Part shown: positions 61,610 through 64,000 of the stretch, piece after piece
Layout: the number at the start of each line of letters is the position of its first letter
Numbering within the stretch: position 1 is the first letter of the stretch
NCBI GenBank assembly: GCA_024409055.1
Contig: JAKSUL010000005.1
Coordinates: forward strand, 6,636-70,635
Direction: 5' to 3'
Length of the DNA: 64,000 nt
Source of the DNA: Bacilli bacterium
GTDB lineage: Bacteria > Bacillota_I > Bacilli_A > RFN20 > CAG-826
Program-made: the position numbers and the translations under genes
Notes under the pieces: generated by a model
Seen by the model: only the letters and a program-made list of their open reading frames with translations
The model's database searches: none
Told to the model about the DNA's origin: nothing

Positions 61610-62320
61610 ATGGGCAACAATTGGACTTTCGAACAAAGAAAAAACGATTTTAAAGATAAGCGTTTCGTCGTCTTCGGCGACTCCGTTTCCGCCAACGAAA
61701 CCTATCAAAATAACGGCAAAACGTATTGCCATCTCCTGTGTAACTATTTGGGCGCGGAATACGTAAAAGACTATGCGATCGGTGGCACCACGGTCACTTA
61801 TATGTACCCTGGCAGCAACATCGAAAAAGAATACAAAGACCACAAAGTCGCCATCGACGGCGTTCGTGTTTTAAAGCGTGCCAAAGAAGCTGGAGAATTA
61901 GACAACATCGATGTCGCTTTCATCGCATTCGGCCACAATGACCAGTATTTCCAGCCGCCGCTTGATAAAGAAGGCGACGACGGCTCTTCCCTTGATAAAG
62001 CCCACTCCTTCAAAGGAAGTTTCCGCTACATGGTCAAAGAGCTCCGCAAAGTTAATCCAAATATCGAGATCGTCATTTTAAACTGCACGTATAGCGAATA
62101 TGACTTAAATTCCAAGGAATGGGACCGCGTTTATTACTATGACGATTACCGCAAAGCCACCGCGGAAGTCGCAAAAGAGCTAAACTGCAAGCTAATCGAT
62201 CCTTGGGAGGCGACGAAACCTTATTTCGACGGCAAAACCGCGAAAGTTTATTATCACGATGACGTTCACCTTTCCCAAGAAGGTCACAAAATCATCTTCA
62301 ACTACGTTTTGAACCATTGA
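61610..62320 (+). CDS. Cytoplasmic SGNH/GDSL esterase
   Basis: VVFGDSVSANE (block I), FGHND (block III) and DDVHLSQEGH (block V). Confidence 0.8.
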   Translation: MGNNWTFEQRKNDFKDKRFVVFGDSVSANETYQNNGKTYCHLLCNYLGAEYVKDYAIGGTTVTYMYPGSNIEKEYKDHKVAIDGVRVLKRAKEAGELDNIDVAFIAFGHNDQYFQPPLDKEGDDGSSLDKAHSFKGSFRYMVKELRKVNPNIEIVILNCTYSEYDLNSKEWDRVYYYDDYRKATAEVAKELNCKLIDPWEATKPYFDGKTAKVYYHDDVHLSQEGHKIIFNYVLNH

Positions 62321-64000
62321 TGAAAAGCAAGAAACCTCTACTATTTCTTATTCCATTATTGCTAAGCTGCGGGCAGAGTTCGTCATCCGCTTCGCAAGGC
62401 ATTTCGTTTGATTTGATTTGGGACCAGAAATACGAAGCCAAAGATTTTTCCTATTCTTTGATTAAAGAAGCCAAAGTCCTTAAGGACAACGAATTTTTGG
62501 AAACATTCGACGGAACGATTACCAAGAGTTCGGACTACAAATACGAATTTTTGGGTGAAGAAAAAATCCGTTATGTTGACGTTAGCAACGGCTATTGTTT
62601 GACACTTCCGAAAGAAACGGAAATAGATAACGCTCTCTCAAAAAGCGGAACCCATTTTCTTAGTGGTTCATCTTCTTTAAGAGTCAGTATCGAAACACCT
62701 AGCCCATATAGCAGGGACGCGAAAGGCTATTCGTTTTACTATAACGACTGGATAGTTCGTTACTTAAATTCGGAAAAATACATTAACGAAAACGATTTTT
62801 CCTTTTTCTCTGAGCCAATCAAAGAAAGCAAAAGCGTGATAAGCGGTTATGAAATGAGCGCTTTTTACATTGAGGTTAAAAATCCTGGCGCCATTGAATT
62901 CCCCTATTATCACATAGGGGTTTTAAGACCATCCTCCTCTTTCGAGAGGTTTGCTATTTTGGTCTACAAATCCGCTAAGCCAGAGACCCAAGCGTTCCTT
63001 AATTACATGGATTCCTTTACATTTGTAAAAGCGCAGGGGACAGCCAAAGACTACCTACCAGTCCAGAAGCGTCTAGAGAATAAGAAATGGAACGATGTTA
63101 CAAAGTCGTACTACAAATACCTATGCGAAAAGGAGTACCCAGATTGGGGTTTCTTCAACGAATCGATGTTAAATAACGACGTTGATGATTATCAAGAGAT
63201 CTACGATATGATTGTCAACGGCCAAAACACCCTTAAGAGCCTTTTTGATTGCGACTTCGAGATAATCCCCACCTATTCTCATTTGGCGTGGCACGATATA
63301 GATTTTAGGTTCACATCAATGCATAAAGATTTAGCGGGTGGTGATGGAAGAAACGGAAAACAGGTTCTTCAATATACATACCAATACACAACCACCAACA
63401 ATTCGGTTGGCATCGATACTGAAGAAAGCTTAAGGAGTCCATTAATCGACGTGTTAAGAGGCAAATACGATCAGAAGTTCCACGATCTTGCAAAGGCCAT
63501 AAAAGAATATAACGCCCCCGTTCTTTTCCGTTTGAACAACGAAATGAACACGGATTGGACCTCTTATTGTGGTTTATATAACCTCCTTGATCCCGAATTG
63601 TTCAAACAGTCATGGATTTATCTATACGAAATCTTCCAAGAAGAAAATGTCGATAACTGCATTTGGATATTCAATCCATTCGATGATAATTGGCCATCCG
63701 CGAACTGGGCGAATTTCATGTCGTATTATCCAGGAAACGAATATGTTCAAATGATCGGTTTGACCTCATACGAATTCAACAATTTCGAAGAAGGAAAAGA
63801 CGATGGAAGGAAAACGTTCCGAGTCCGCTTCCAAAATCTTTTCGATGTCAACAAAGGGATATTCTCTTCTTTGCCTTACATAGTTTCTGAATTCGGCTGC
63901 GCAGCCGGAGGAGAAACAACAGGCGAAGCAGGAAGAAACGAAGAATATCAAGCCAGTTGGGTAACCACCATGTTCAAAGATATAGTGGCAAGAAAGTCAT
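62320..64000 (+). CDS. Lipoprotein with a GH26-like (beta-mannanase family) C-terminal domain; 3' end beyond window
   Basis: Not in the ORF track because no stop falls inside the window. I translated ATG 62320 (TGATG overlap with the upstream stop) to 63999 with no stop. Begins MKSKKPLLFLIPLLLSCGQ. GH26-like blocks: VLFRLNNEMNTDWTSYCG, YYPGNEYVQMIGLTSYE and YIVSEFGC. Confidence 0.7.
   Translation, partial: MKSKKPLLFLIPLLLSCGQSSSSASQGISFDLIWDQKYEAKDFSYSLIKEAKVLKDNEFLETFDGTITKSSDYKYEFLGEEKIRYVDVSNGYCLTLPKETEIDNALSKSGTHFLSGSSSLRVSIETPSPYSRDAKGYSFYYNDWIVRYLNSEKYINENDFSFFSEPIKESKSVISGYEMSAFYIEVKNPGAIEFPYYHIGVLRPSSSFERFAILVYKSAKPETQAFLNYMDSFTFVKAQGTAKDYLPVQKRLENKKWNDVTKSYYKYLCEKEYPDWGFFNESMLNNDVDDYQEIYDMIVNGQNTLKSLFDCDFEIIPTYSHLAWHDIDFRFTSMHKDLAGGDGRNGKQVLQYTYQYTTTNNSVGIDTEESLRSPLIDVLRGKYDQKFHDLAKAIKEYNAPVLFRLNNEMNTDWTSYCGLYNLLDPELFKQSWIYLYEIFQEENVDNCIWIFNPFDDNWPSANWANFMSYYPGNEYVQMIGLTSYEFNNFEEGKDDGRKTFRVRFQNLFDVNKGIFSSLPYIVSEFGCAAGGETTGEAGRNEEYQASWVTTMFKDIVARKS

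Noticed and set aside
1-64000. Search for tRNA, rRNA, CRISPR arrays, transposases, integrases, phage genes or known defence systems.
   Set aside because: Nothing in the ORF translations or intergenic regions resembles these. All sizeable ORFs are accounted for by metabolic, transport, regulatory or surface proteins.

Overview
Gene-dense 64-kb carbohydrate-utilisation island with about 45 CDS. I saw no rRNA, tRNA, CRISPR array, transposase or integrase. The host looks like a low-GC monoderm (Mollicutes- or Erysipelotrichia-like), judged from: standard TGA stops, 14 lipobox lipoproteins ([LA][AST]C-G/S), an insertion-expanded MsmK-type ATPase, and many leaderless genes. All family calls come from motifs read in the translations and recalled from memory; no searches were run. 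Recognisable content: GH94-like phosphorylase, GH95, GH130, GH127/DUF1680-like, GH20, GH31, GH36 and a GH26-like lipoprotein truncated by the window end (absent from the ORF track). Also four SGNH esterases plus one HGGG esterase, two CUT1-type ABC importers, two AraC regulators, a Gfo/Idh/MocA oxidoreductase, DUF4127, DUF1846 and a GDPD/phosphodiester-glycosidase pair. Best candidates for something undescribed: (1) A 9-gene minus-strand operon (13.9-27.2 kb) joining an ABC importer to four very large surface proteins and GH130. It includes a three-member paralog family with a beta-helix-like FDGxGH tail and Cys-rich repeat modules. (2) Two adjacent lipoproteins (36.7-40.4 kb) carrying four copies of an unrecognised ~165-aa NGYGGP...PGFGPWEPGG...PEGGF domain, directly downstream of the GDPD/phosphodiester-glycosidase pair. 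(3) Two family-less lipoproteins heading a 13-gene, 17.8-kb operon. (4) An orphan truncated ABC ATPase with three non-permease membrane proteins. Regulatory layer: repeated -10 boxes 6-8 nt from start codons that lack Shine-Dalgarno sequences, cre/LacI-type palindromes at four sites (three at the head of surface-protein operons or genes, the best match about 90 nt upstream of the SBP1 operon -10 box), and AraC-region inverted 9-mers.
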